Shown here: positions 19,415-30,031 of the stretch, piece after piece
Position numbering within the stretch: position 1 is the first letter of the stretch
Layout: each line of letters opens with the position of its first letter
Assembly (NCBI GenBank): GCA_963707025.1
Contig: CAVPOM010000016.1
Location: forward strand, 1-64,000
From: an uncultured Verrucomicrobiae bacterium
GTDB taxonomy: Bacteria > Verrucomicrobiota > Verrucomicrobiia > Limisphaerales > Palsa-1400
DNA length: 64,000 bases
Direction of reading: 5' to 3'
The notes under the pieces: generated by a model
What the model was told of the DNA's origin: nothing
Databases searched by the model: none
The model's input: the letters and a program-made list of their open reading frames with translations, nothing else
Translations under genes and position numbers: made by a program

Positions 19415-21298
19415 ATGAAGCTGAACCATCAAAAACTCATCGCCGCCGCGGCCGCCGGTCTGGCCTTTCCAGGCGAATTGATGGCTGGCAAAAGGCTGCT
19501 GCCGCAGTTTGGCGGGGCCGCCTCGGTTTGGTGCTGCACGGTTCTTTTCTTTCAATTGGCCGTCCTGGCCGCTTACTTTGGATGCTGGCGGCTGGGCCAG
19601 ATGAAGGCGGGAACCAGAAATCTAATCCTGGCGGCCCTGGGTTTGAGCGGGTTTCTCACCTTGGCCTTTCCGCTGCCAGTGTTGGAATGGCTCCCGCTGG
19701 AATTGCAACCGCTGGCCGCGCTGCTGCCCTTCGCCGGATTGGCCATCGGCCTTTTTTGTGCCACCCCTTTGTTGCACCAACAACAGGCCGATCGCCTCGA
19801 TTTCACCATTTACGCCTGGTCCAACGCGGGCGCCTTGGCCGGACTGCTGGCCTATCCGTTCCTGGTGGAACCGTTCACCGATCTGAGGATGCAAAACTGG
19901 GTCTGGGCCGCGGGCGGTTCGCTCCTCTGCCTCCTGGCCCTGCGCGCCCGCGCGGCCGCTCCCGCCCTTTCCCCGCCGGGCCGCGCCGGCCTGGGCCGCA
20001 CCCGCTGGCAATGGTGGGTTCTTCCCGGCCTGAGCAGCGCGACCCTCCTGGCCACCGCCAATCTGCTCAGCTTCGAAGCCAGCGCCGGCCCGCTGACCTG
20101 GGCCTTGCCCCTGGCCTTGTTCCTGGCCACTTACGTTTGGGCCTTCTCGGGCGACCGGCGGGCTTCCTGCGGCCTCATCGCCACGCTCGGACTGCTGGCC
20201 TTGATCGTGTCACATTTCATCGTCGAAAAGCGCAGCGCCTCGCTGCTGGCTTTGGTCTTGATCGCCGGGGGCGCGACCATGCTGGCCTGCCATGTCTGGC
20301 TGGCCGCGGCGCGCGACGAAAACACCCACGGCTTTTACACGGCGGCGGCGGCGGGCGGCGCCATCGGCAGCGCCCTCATGGTGCTGGTCATTCCGCATGT
20401 CACCGACGGGCCGGTGGAATTTCCCATTCTGACCCTGGGGACCTTGTCCATCGCCGGGTTCCGTTGGAGCGGGCGGATCCTCCGGCCCATCCTGAGCACG
20501 GCGGCGGTCGTGGCCATTGGCTCCACCGTGGCGGCCGAATCCTCCGGGCGCGCCACGGAAGTCGCCCGCGCCCGCACCCTCTACGGTTGCTGGCGCGTCA
20601 CCCGCGAACCGCACAGCCAGCGTTACCAACTCATCAACAATGCCACCCTGCACGCCGAACAAGACCGCGCCAATCCCCAGGCGGCCACCACCTACTACGG
20701 GCCGGAAACCGGCTTCGGCCAATGGCTGCGGGAAATGCAACGGACCCATGCCGCGCTGGACGTTGCGGTGGTGGGGCTGGGCGCCGGCACCATCAACCGC
20801 TTTCTCCGGCCGCAGGATGCCATCACCTATTACGAGATAGATGCCAAGGCGGAAGAACTGGCCCTGGCCTGGTTCACTTATCTGCCGCGGGAGCGGTGCC
20901 GGGTCATCCTGGGGGACGGCCGCCAATCGCTGCAAAAGGAGGCGGGGGGGCGGTTTGACATTATTGTACTTGACGCATTCACCGGCGACGCCATTCCCTC
21001 CCACTTGTTGACACGCGAGGCCGGCGCCATTTACCTCCGCCGCCTTAAGGCGGGCGGCCTCCTGGCCATCCATATCACCAACGGGCATGTGGAACTTTGG
21101 CCGGTGGCCGAAGGATTGGCCCGCAGCCTGGGCCTGGGTTGCGAGTATGACAAAAATGGCATCATCGAATGGGCCATCCTGCGGGCCGGCCTTCCCCCGC
21201 CGGCGGGCCGCGTCCTGCAATGGACCGATGAACGCAACAGCATCGTCTCCGTGCTCCGGCGCGGGCCGCGCGAGAAAACCAGTCTCCCGCAGAATTGA
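19415..21298 (+). CDS. Membrane protein fused to spermidine-synthase-like SAM-dependent domain
   Basis: LLPQFGGAASVW, YAWSNAGALAGLLAYP multi-TM N-terminus; TTYYG, VVGLGAGT, YEID, GDGR, LDAFTGDAIPSHLLTRE. Confidence 0.85.
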   Translation: MKLNHQKLIAAAAAGLAFPGELMAGKRLLPQFGGAASVWCCTVLFFQLAVLAAYFGCWRLGQMKAGTRNLILAALGLSGFLTLAFPLPVLEWLPLELQPLAALLPFAGLAIGLFCATPLLHQQQADRLDFTIYAWSNAGALAGLLAYPFLVEPFTDLRMQNWVWAAGGSLLCLLALRARAAAPALSPPGRAGLGRTRWQWWVLPGLSSATLLATANLLSFEASAGPLTWALPLALFLATYVWAFSGDRRASCGLIATLGLLALIVSHFIVEKRSASLLALVLIAGGATMLACHVWLAAARDENTHGFYTAAAAGGAIGSALMVLVIPHVTDGPVEFPILTLGTLSIAGFRWSGRILRPILSTAAVVAIGSTVAAESSGRATEVARARTLYGCWRVTREPHSQRYQLINNATLHAEQDRANPQAATTYYGPETGFGQWLREMQRTHAALDVAVVGLGAGTINRFLRPQDAITYYEIDAKAEELALAWFTYLPRERCRVILGDGRQSLQKEAGGRFDIIVLDAFTGDAIPSHLLTREAGAIYLRRLKAGGLLAIHITNGHVELWPVAEGLARSLGLGCEYDKNGIIEWAILRAGLPPPAGRVLQWTDERNSIVSVLRRGPREKTSLPQN

Positions 21299-21339
21299 TG
21301 AGCCAGCATGAGGATTGGGGTTGGGCACCGGCGCCCAGG

Positions 21340-22893
21340 TCAGCGGGCCTCCGGACTGAAGAGGGCGGGCGGGCTGAGCTTGCCGGCACGGGTGACGGCG
21401 GTGACCGCGACGGTCTGGGGCGAAGCCCGGAGGCCGCCCGTGGGGAACAACCGGTTGGTTTGCCCGGCGGGAAAAATCTCGGTTTTCCAATGATCGCCAA
21501 ATTTTTCCTGCACCAGCCACTGCCAGACCGGCTCCCCTCCGGCGGGTTTCCACGTCAGGGAGAAGTCGCGGCCTGATTGGCGGGGGACCAGCAGCGGTTG
21601 CCGGGCCGCCACATCGCCCAACCAGGGCGAAGCCGGAACCAGGGCGGGCGCGGGATAACTCCGGCCCAGGGCGGCGGCCAGGCCGTTGGTGTTGCGCATG
21701 ACGTCGCCGGCCCGCCACAGCACATCGCCGGTCGCGCCCGGCTGGCGGCGTGTCAATTCGATTTCTTTGGCGGTTTCCGCCGCCCGGTCTCCCGTGAAGC
21801 CGGGCCATTCATCCGTGCGCATGCCGGGCCACAAATGGCGGTGCCGCGGGTTTTGCCCGCTCCACCATTGCAAGAGCGCCGAAAAACTGTGCTCTTTTTG
21901 ATCGCTCGGCCAGTAAAGTTGCGGCGACAGGTAATCCACCCATCCATTGGCCAGCCAGGCCCGGGAATCGGCGAAGAGCGCGTCGTACGAATCCAGCGCC
22001 GCCGTGACTTCGGCGGGATGGCCGGGCCGCCAGATGCCAAAGGGGCTGATGCCAAATTTGACCCAGGGCTTTTCCTTTTTGATGGACGTATAAACCAGTT
22101 GGACAAAGGTGTTGATGTTGTCGCGCCGCCAATCGCCCCGCGCGAGTTTTCCGCCCGCCTGCTGGTAGCGCGCCCACGGCCCCTCGTCCGGAAAATCCGC
22201 CGCCTTGTAGTCCTTGGCCGGGTAGGGGTAGAAATAATCGTCCAGGTGAACCCCATCAACGTCATAACGGCGCACCACATCCATCATCACTTCCAGAGAA
22301 TAGCCCCGCGCGCGCGCGTCCGCCGGGTCCAGCCACAGCACATTGCCGGCGGTGCGCACCAGTTCCGGATGGGTGCGGGTGACGTAATTCCTGGCGGAGG
22401 GCGTTTTGTCGTCGCGCGCGCGGACGCGGAAAGGATTGAACCAGGCGTGGAGTTCCAGGCCGCGCTCATGGCATTCGGCGACGGCAAAAGCCAGGGGATC
22501 ATAATAGGGCTTGGGCGCCAGACCCATTTTCCCGGTGAGAAAGGCCGACCACGGCTCGATTTTGGAATCGTAGAGCGCGTCGCAGCAGGGGCGGACCTGC
22601 AGGAGGATGGCGTTCAAATGCAGCTTGACGGCCTGGTCCAGGATGGCGATCAGCTCGTTTTTTTGCTGGCGGGCGTCCAGGCCGGGGCGGGAGGGCCAAT
22701 CGAGATTTTGCAGGGTCGCCACCCAGAGGCCGCGAAATTCCCGTTCGGCCGCAGGGGGCCTGTCGGCCGGGGCTAGGCGCGGCGGTGGCGCGGCCGATTC
22801 CGGCAGAGGGGTGGGGGCGCGGGCAGACGTGTTGGCGCAACCCGCGCAGAGCAGGAGGGTCAACCGCAGGACCTGGCGCATCCTTGTCGTCAT
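21340..22893 (-). CDS. Family-10-like glycosyl hydrolase lipoprotein (YddW/DigH-like)
   Basis: Lipobox CAGC; REFRGLWVAT..NLDWP, QVRP..DALY, ELHAWFNPFR, DGVHLDDYFYPYP, DYLSPQLYW; start approximate. Confidence 0.9.
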   Translation of the reverse strand: MTTRMRQVLRLTLLLCAGCANTSARAPTPLPESAAPPPRLAPADRPPAAEREFRGLWVATLQNLDWPSRPGLDARQQKNELIAILDQAVKLHLNAILLQVRPCCDALYDSKIEPWSAFLTGKMGLAPKPYYDPLAFAVAECHERGLELHAWFNPFRVRARDDKTPSARNYVTRTHPELVRTAGNVLWLDPADARARGYSLEVMMDVVRRYDVDGVHLDDYFYPYPAKDYKAADFPDEGPWARYQQAGGKLARGDWRRDNINTFVQLVYTSIKKEKPWVKFGISPFGIWRPGHPAEVTAALDSYDALFADSRAWLANGWVDYLSPQLYWPSDQKEHSFSALLQWWSGQNPRHRHLWPGMRTDEWPGFTGDRAAETAKEIELTRRQPGATGDVLWRAGDVMRNTNGLAAALGRSYPAPALVPASPWLGDVAARQPLLVPRQSGRDFSLTWKPAGGEPVWQWLVQEKFGDHWKTEIFPAGQTNRLFPTGGLRASPQTVAVTAVTRAGKLSPPALFSPEAR

Positions 22894-23022
22894 CAATGGC
22901 TGTAAACCAACCAATACCGGGGAGGGCGCCGTTTGCAAAGGAAAAGTTGGCCGGGCACGCAAATTTGGACTTTGAAACGGCCCGGGCGGCGCTATACTGC
23001 GGCACAAAACTGGAGCCGAGCC

Positions 23023-24330
23023 ATGACGCAAAAAACACGCATGTCCGTCAATACGAGCAATATCCTCTCAGTCATCCTGGGGGGCGGGCACGGCAGGCGG
23101 CTCTTTCCCCTGACGCGGGACCGGAGCAAACCAGCCGTGCCCCTGGCCGGCAAATACCGCCTGGTGGACATTCCCATTTCCAACTGCATCAATTCGCGCC
23201 TGCAACGGATTTATTTGTTGACCCAGTTTAATTCCGCCTCCCTCCACCGCCATATTTCCCAGTCCTACAAATTCGACCATTTTTCGGGTGGATTTGTGGA
23301 AATCCTGGCGGCCGAACAAACCCTGACCGACACCTCCTGGTACCAGGGCACGGCCGACGCCGTGCGGAAGAACCTGCTCCATTTTCTCACCCACGACTTC
23401 GAGCACATGCTCATTCTGTGCGGCGACCAGCTTTACCGCATGGATTTTCGCGAGTTGATCGCCGAACACCTCCTGCACGGGGCGGACCTGACCATTGCCA
23501 CCATCACGGTGGGGCGCGGCCAGGCGCAGTCTCTGGGCATCATGGAACTGGGACCGGAACAGCGCATCACCCGTTTCGTGGAGAAGCCCCAGGAGCAGGC
23601 CCTCCTGGATTCCCTGCGGGTTGACCCGGCCCGCTATGCCAGCCTTGGGATTGAAGGCGACCAGGAGTTTTTCCTGGCCTCCATGGGCATTTATCTGTTC
23701 AAGCGCGAGGTCATCCTCAAGCTGCTGGACAGCGCGCTGACCGATTTCGGCAAGCACGTCATCCCGGAGGCCATCAAAGTGCAGCAGGTGTATGGCCATG
23801 TCTTTCAGGGTTACTGGGAGGACATCGGCACCATCCGCTCCTTCTTCGAGGCCAACCTCGATTTGACAGCCGACCTGCCGCGCTTCAACTTCTTTGACAT
23901 GAGCGCGCCCATCTTCACCCGCCCGCGTTTTCTGCCCGCCTCCAAGATCAACGGCGCGGAGATCAGCCACGCCAGCGTCTCGGACGGCTGCATCATCAAC
24001 CGCTGCCAGGTCAACCATAGCATCGTCGGCATCCGCAGCCGCATCGAGGAGGGCTGCAACATCAACCGCACCATCCTGCTGGGCTGCGATTTTTACGAAT
24101 CAGACAGCTCCATCAAGCAGCATGAGGCGCGCGGACTGCCGCGCATCGGCGTGGGGAGAAACACCCAAATCGAGAATGCCATCGTGGACAAAAACGCGCG
24201 CATCGGCGAAAACTGCCGCATTTCCCCGGCGGGCAAGCCGGAAAGCGTGGACCATCCGTTCTACTACGTGCGCGACGGCATCGTCATCATCCCCAAGGGC
24301 GGCCTCATCCCTCACGGCACGGTGATTTGA
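23023..24330 (+). CDS. glgC: Glucose-1-phosphate adenylyltransferase
   Basis: ILGGGHGRRLFPLT..RSKPAVP, WYQGTADAV, DFGKHVIP, GYWEDIGT. Confidence 0.96.
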   Translation: MTQKTRMSVNTSNILSVILGGGHGRRLFPLTRDRSKPAVPLAGKYRLVDIPISNCINSRLQRIYLLTQFNSASLHRHISQSYKFDHFSGGFVEILAAEQTLTDTSWYQGTADAVRKNLLHFLTHDFEHMLILCGDQLYRMDFRELIAEHLLHGADLTIATITVGRGQAQSLGIMELGPEQRITRFVEKPQEQALLDSLRVDPARYASLGIEGDQEFFLASMGIYLFKREVILKLLDSALTDFGKHVIPEAIKVQQVYGHVFQGYWEDIGTIRSFFEANLDLTADLPRFNFFDMSAPIFTRPRFLPASKINGAEISHASVSDGCIINRCQVNHSIVGIRSRIEEGCNINRTILLGCDFYESDSSIKQHEARGLPRIGVGRNTQIENAIVDKNARIGENCRISPAGKPESVDHPFYYVRDGIVIIPKGGLIPHGTVI

Positions 24331-24341
24331 CCCGGCTCCCA

Positions 24342-24408
24342 TTTCTTAATCTTAATCTTAATCCTAATCCGAGGGAGATTAGGATTACGATTAAGATTAA
24401 GATCAAGA
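24342..24408. repeat. Inverted pair of hexamer arrays (TAATCT/TAATCC)n ... (GATTAA/GATTAG)n
   Basis: cttaatcttaatcttaatcctaatcc ... gattaggattacgattaagattaagatcaag; can fold back on itself. Confidence 0.85.
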
Positions 24409-24505
24409 AGCGGCAGCGCCGCCAAAAAATTGAATTGCCCGCCCCGCTTTGTTTGGCCCCCGCTCCCGCATTTGCTTTCCGCCCGCCCGCTGCTACCATG
24501 GGCCG

Positions 24506-25321
24506 GTGCTGAACGATGCCCTCATTTGGAAATCCTTGCAACGGGCCGGGCCGCTCATTTTGATCGCCGGGCCGTGCGTCATCGAAAACGAACGGCTCTG
24601 CTGGCAAGTGGCTTCGTCCCTGCGCGCCACCTGCCGCAAACTCCACATCAATTTTGTTTTCAAGGCCAGCTACGACAAGGCCAACCGTTCCTCCGCCGCC
24701 ACCTTCCGCGGTCCGGGGCTGGAGGCCGGCTTGCAAGTCCTGGCCAAAATCCGCCGCGAACTGGCCGTCCCCGTCCTGACCGATGTACATACTGTCGAGC
24801 AGGCCCGGGCCGCCGCCGGCGTGGTGGACATCCTGCAAATCCCCGCCTTCCTCTGCCGCCAGACCGATCTCCTCACTGCCGCCGTCGCCACCGGCAAGAT
24901 TGTCAATGTGAAAAAGGGCCAGTTCCTCTCCCCGGCGGAAATGGGCCAGGTGGCGCGCAAAGCGGCCGCGGCCGGCGGAAAAAAACTGCTCCTGACCGAG
25001 CGCGGCACCACCTTCGGCTACAACAACCTGGTGGTGGACATGCGCTCCATCCCCATCCTGCGCGCCTTTGGTTTTCCCGTCATCTTCGACGCCACCCACT
25101 CCGTGCAACTGCCCGGCGCGGGCGGGGACCGCTCGGGCGGCCAGCGCCAATTCGCCCCGGTGCTGGCGCGCTGCGCCGTGGCCGCCGGGGCGGACGGCGT
25201 GTTTATTGAAACCCATCCCGACCCGGACCGCGCCTTGAGCGACGGCCCCAACATGATCCCGCTGGCGCAGATGTCCAAACTTTTGGCCGGCTTGCTCAAA
25301 ATCCGCGCCGCCATCTCATGA
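24506..25321 (+). CDS. kdsA: 3-deoxy-8-phosphooctulonate (KDO8P) synthase
   Basis: IAGPCVIE, KASYDKANRSS, QIPAFLCRQTD, FDATHSVQ, SDGP; GTG start at 24506. Confidence 0.96.
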   Translation: MLNDALIWKSLQRAGPLILIAGPCVIENERLCWQVASSLRATCRKLHINFVFKASYDKANRSSAATFRGPGLEAGLQVLAKIRRELAVPVLTDVHTVEQARAAAGVVDILQIPAFLCRQTDLLTAAVATGKIVNVKKGQFLSPAEMGQVARKAAAAGGKKLLLTERGTTFGYNNLVVDMRSIPILRAFGFPVIFDATHSVQLPGAGGDRSGGQRQFAPVLARCAVAAGADGVFIETHPDPDRALSDGPNMIPLAQMSKLLAGLLKIRAAIS

Positions 25322-27283
25322 CCACTGGCACCCTGTTGACGACCCGGAAATTCTGGATGGCGCTGGCCGTCTGTTTCACGCCGTGCCTGGCGCGGATTTG
25401 GGCGCAGACGCCCGCGCCCCAAGCCGCCCAACCCGGCGGCAACGTCGAGTTCCCCCATTACAAGGACACTCCCAACGGCAGAGTGCTCGACGCCCTCTTT
25501 ACCGGACAGGATGCGGTCAACCTCCCCGGCGGCGGGGTGCAGGTCAAGGACTTTAAGATGCTCGGCCTGCGGGACGGCCAGGTCAGCAACGTCACAGTCA
25601 CCGCCCTGGCGCCGGAATGCCGAATGGATTACAACCGCAAAATTGCCTGGGATCCGGGTCCGGTCCAGATTTTCACGCCCAATACAAATTTGTTTGTGCA
25701 AGGCCTGGGTTTCTTTTGCGCGGAATCCAACCAGTTGCTCACCATCTCCAATCAAGTCGAGACCCGCGTGCTCAAGTCCATGCTCCGGTCCTCGCCCCTC
25801 TTCGCCGCCCAGTCCAATGCCGCCGCCGGCCAGAGCCAGATTATAAAAATCCTGGCCGAGCGCGGCCAGTTCGATTTCCTCTCCAACCGGGTGGATTACT
25901 CCGGCCGCGTCCGGCTGATTGACCCGCAGTACGAAATGGATTCGCCGCTCCTTTCCATCCAATTCACCAGCAACCGGACCGTGGAAACGATGTTCGCCCG
26001 GCCGGACGTCGCCCTCACTCTGGCCGGCCGGGGCGTGGCCACCGGCGCCACCGCGCATTACTTTGCCACCAATGAAAACGCGCTCCTGGAACTGGCCGGC
26101 GATGACGCCGCCCAGGCCCAGTGGCACAATGGCCAACAGGAGGCCAGCGCCGCAAAATTCACCTACGACCCGAACCGGCATTTGTTGACCGGCGACGATC
26201 AGGTGCGCGTTCGCTGGCCCAACCCGCCCCCCGGCCCATCGGCCACCAACACCTTCCGCCAACTCCTGGCCGATCATGCCGCCCTGCAACTGACCACCAA
26301 CGGCGGGGACGTGGAGGGCATGACCGCCGCGGGAAATGTCCTCATCACCAATCAGGCCGATCAAAGTTCCGCCGCGGCCGGCCAAGCCGCCTATGACCGG
26401 CCCGGTGATTTGTTCACCTTGACAGAAAATCCGGTCTGGCGGAACGACCGCATGGAAGTCCGGGGCGACACCCTTTCCATGCAGTCCAGCAACAAAGTTT
26501 ATCACGCCCAGGGCCATGCGCGCTTGCAACTCCGCGTCTCCGGCGCCGCCGGCGGTCCGGCCGGCTCGACCAATCAATGGCTGCATGTTTCCGCCGCCGA
26601 CATTGTTTCCCAGCCCGTCAATCCCCAAACCAATCTCGTCACCTTTCGCGGGGATGTCCAGGCCCGGCTGCTGGATGGCGCAACGCTCCAGGACACCTTG
26701 ACCGCCCAAGTTTTGCTCGTTTACCAATCCTCCGGCAGCCAGGCCCTGAGCAATCAGGTCGTCCTGGTGGTGGCGCGCCAGGAACGTCCGCGCGGCCACC
26801 GCCCCGGACGCCGCCGGCGTCACCAAAACCATTTCCTGCGGCCTGCTCACCGCGCACCGCTCCCCGGCGACCGGCCTGTGGCAGAGCATCGTCGCGGAGG
26901 AGGATGCCGTGCTGGAGTCCTTCGGCTCCGGCAGCGCGGCGGTTTCCAACAAATTGACCGCCGCCACCGTCACCGCCCATTTTTCCTCCGTCACCAATCA
27001 GCTCGAAAATGCCGTGGCGGAGGGCGCGGTGGATTTCACCCAGGCCGCCCCTGGCAGCCACATCCATGCCACCGGCGAGCGGGCCGTCTATGTCGTGGCG
27101 CCGGTCGAACAAGTCGAACTGACGGGCCATCCCTGGGCGCAAACAGACCAGGGCGCCTGCAGCGGAGCCGACCGCCTGAGGTATGAGGTGAAGAGCGGCG
27201 TGGTGGAAGCGTTCGGCCTGTATCATATTGTTCCCAAACGCCGCGCCAGCAACGGCGCGCCCCCGGTCCAGCCATCCCCCTGA
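25318..27283 (+). CDS. Large LptC/LptA (OstA-like) multi-jellyroll LPS transport protein (frameshifts near 26785 and 27150)
   Basis: Lies between kdsA and lptB; signal peptide; repeated VDYSGRV / AGNVLI / AAYD...TLTENP / AEGAVDF...GERAVY...ELTGHP OstA-like motifs. Confidence 0.75.
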
Positions 27284-27285
27284 GC

Positions 27286-28086
27286 ATGAGCCCGCCTGAT
27301 CCACAGCCCCAGCCGGTCCTGCGGCAAGACCCGCCCCAACCCGAAGTGGCGGCCGGCCTGGCGGCGGGTTTGCTCGCCACCGACCAACTGGTCAAAGCAT
27401 ACAACCAGCGCAAAGTCGTAAACGGCATTTCCATTTTTGTCAATCCCGGCGAGGTGGTGGGCCTGCTCGGCCCCAACGGCGCGGGCAAAACCACCACCTT
27501 CAATATCATCGTGGGCGTCGTCAGGCCGGATGCGGGCCGGGTCTGCTTCCAGGGCCGGGACATCACCCGGCTGCCCATGCACCGCCGGGCGCGGCGCGGC
27601 ATTGGTTACTTGACACAGGAGCCGTCGGTTTTCCGCAAACTGACCGTGGCGCAGAACATCCTGGCCATCTTGGAAACGTGCGTCCTGGATCGCCAGGAGC
27701 GCGCCCTGCGCCTGAAATATCTTCTGGACGAACTGGATCTCAGCCGCCTGGCCTCCAGCCGGGCCTACACCCTGAGCGGCGGCGAAAAGCGCCGCCTGGA
27801 AATCACCCGCGCCCTGGTCACCAGCCCCAGGCTCCTTCTTTTGGACGAGCCGTTCAGCGGCATTGATCCCATCGCCGTCTATGAAGTGCAAAAAATCATC
27901 CGCCGCCTCCGCCAGCGCGGCCTGGGCATTTTGATCACCGACCACAACGTGCGGGAAACATTGAAACTGGTGGACCGCGCCTATTTGGTCCATCATGGCC
28001 AGGTCGTTTATTCCGGCATCGGCGCGGAAATGCCCAACGATCCCAAGGCCCGCGAGATTTATCTCGGCCCGGAATTTAACCTCTAG
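27286..28086 (+). CDS. lptB: LPS export ABC transporter ATP-binding protein
   Basis: GPNGAGKTT, LPMHRRARRGIGYL, LSGGEKRR, DEPFSGIDP, ITDHNVRETL, YLG. Confidence 0.95.
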   Translation: MSPPDPQPQPVLRQDPPQPEVAAGLAAGLLATDQLVKAYNQRKVVNGISIFVNPGEVVGLLGPNGAGKTTTFNIIVGVVRPDAGRVCFQGRDITRLPMHRRARRGIGYLTQEPSVFRKLTVAQNILAILETCVLDRQERALRLKYLLDELDLSRLASSRAYTLSGGEKRRLEITRALVTSPRLLLLDEPFSGIDPIAVYEVQKIIRRLRQRGLGILITDHNVRETLKLVDRAYLVHHGQVVYSGIGAEMPNDPKAREIYLGPEFNL

Positions 28087-28092
28087 CTTGTC

Positions 28093-29035
28093 ATGCAACG
28101 CGAAATCATCACAGTGGAGAAGTTTTACCACGAACAAACCCGCGCTCTGGAATTGCGGCTCCTGGCCGGCGCCAGCGGCCTCAAGCGCATCATCCGCGAG
28201 CCGACCGTCAACCGGCCCGGCCTGGCCCTGGCCGGCTTCACCCGTTACTTCGCCAGCAAACGCTTGCAGGTCATCGGCAAGGCCGAGTCCTCTTTCCTCC
28301 GCGCCCTCAAACCCGGGGAGCGCGAACCCCATTACGCCGATTTGTTCTCCTACAAAATCCCCGGCGTCGTCTTTTCCCGCAATCTCAAGCCCGACAAACT
28401 TTTCCTCCGCGCCGCCGAAAAGGCCCAGGTCCCCATCCTGGTCACCCCTTTGATCACCATGAAATTCATCAACATGGCCACCCTCGCCCTGGAAATGCTC
28501 TTCGCCCCGCGCGGCTCCGAAATCGGCAGCATGGTGGACATCCTCGGTGTCGGCGCCATCATCCGCGGCGAAAGCGGCATTGGCAAAAGCGAGAGCGTCC
28601 TGGCCCTCATCGAGCGCGGCTACAGCCTGGTTTCCGACAACGTCACCCGCGTCACCTTGATTGACGGCCGCGAACGTCATGGGCACCAGCGCCGAGTTGA
28701 CCCGCGCCCACATGGAAGTCCGCGGCATCGGCATCATCAACGTCGCCTCCATGTTTGGCGTCCGCAGCATTCGCGCCGAGAAACGGGTGGACCTGGTCAT
28801 CACCTTGAAAGCCTGGGAGGACGTGCGCGACATTGACCGGCTGGGCCTGGAGCAGGAATACGTGAAAATTCTCGGCGTGGAAATCCCCCACATCGTCATC
28901 CCCGTGCGGCCCGGACGCGACCTGGCCCGCCTCATCGAAGTCGCCGCCTTTCAGATCAAGCTCAAGTCCTCCGGCTACAACGCCCCCAAGGAATTCAACG
29001 ACCGTCTCATCGCCCAAATGGGCGGCAAGGTTTAG
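28093..29035 (+). CDS. hprK: HPr kinase/phosphorylase (one frameshift near 28675)
   Basis: NRPGLALAGF, GESGIGKSE, HMEVRGIGIINV, IPVRPGRDLA. Confidence 0.94.
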
Positions 29036-29089
29036 CCGGATCAAAACCGCGGACCCAATCGCTGGCGCAACGGGCCACCCCGGCCCGCT

Positions 29090-29880
29090 AAAAACACCTT
29101 GATTAGGCACGATCAGGCACGATCGGGACGCAGCGGAATGGAGCGACGGAGTGCTGGAGTGCTGGAGTGGTGGAGTGCTGGCGGTGCAAAGTGCAAAATG
29201 GGGGCAATCGGCGAATTTAACCGTTTTGACGATAAATGTTGTTGCAGACATGGGGTCCCCCCTGGGGTCGGGAAGTGAAACCAGGTGAAATTAGGTGAAA
29301 CTAGCTGAAACCAGGTGAAATTAGGTGAAATGAAACTGAAATCAGCCGCCATCCATTTCGAAACCGCGAACCCCGGGTGGAGTGATGGAGTCATGGAGGG
29401 ATGGAGAGATCGCGCCAGCGCGGCCAACGCCGGCAGAAAAATGTGGGGAATCCCGTCTTGGACCCGTCGCCGTCTGATTCCACTGTGCCTTCCCTCTTCT
29501 CACTATGCGAATTTAGCATATAGGGAAGGGAAGTCAACGGAAAAGAGCGGAAAAATGCGGATTGTTGCAAGGTTCTAATCATTAGATACTTACGCAGCCT
29601 GATCGCCCCATAGTGAAGGGCAATACGCGCCGGGCGGCCAGCGGCAAAGCAGGAAATCGCACCACGGATCTCATGGATTCCACGGATGGAGAAGGAGGTA
29701 AAATCATGCGGGGCAAAATGATGGGGACGGGACAGAATCATGGCCGGACAGAATCAGGCAGGGCAAAGTCAGGGGAATGATTGGCGGGGGAATGGGAAAC
29801 TGGAACGAGGATGGAAGGTCTCCTCCACCGACCACTCCATCACTCCATCACTCCATCACTCCACCACTCCACCACTCCAA
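29090..29880. repeat. Intergenic mosaic of 8-mer, 10-mer and ~15-mer tandem repeats
   Basis: (ggagtgct)n, (gtgaaa[c/t][c/t]ag)x5-6 at 29275-29330, (ggagtgat)n, (ggacagaatcat..)n, (cactccat)n. Confidence 0.85.
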
Positions 29881-30031
29881 TCCGCATTTATTCTCCCTCC
29901 ACCCAGCGCCTTCGGCGTTGCAATTCTCCGGCCCGCCCCTATACTCCCGTCATTGACATGAAGGCCAGCCCGTCTGCCATCCCTTTGCCCCGGCCCGCCG
30001 GCGCGGCAAAAGCCCGCCGCCGTCTCCACCC

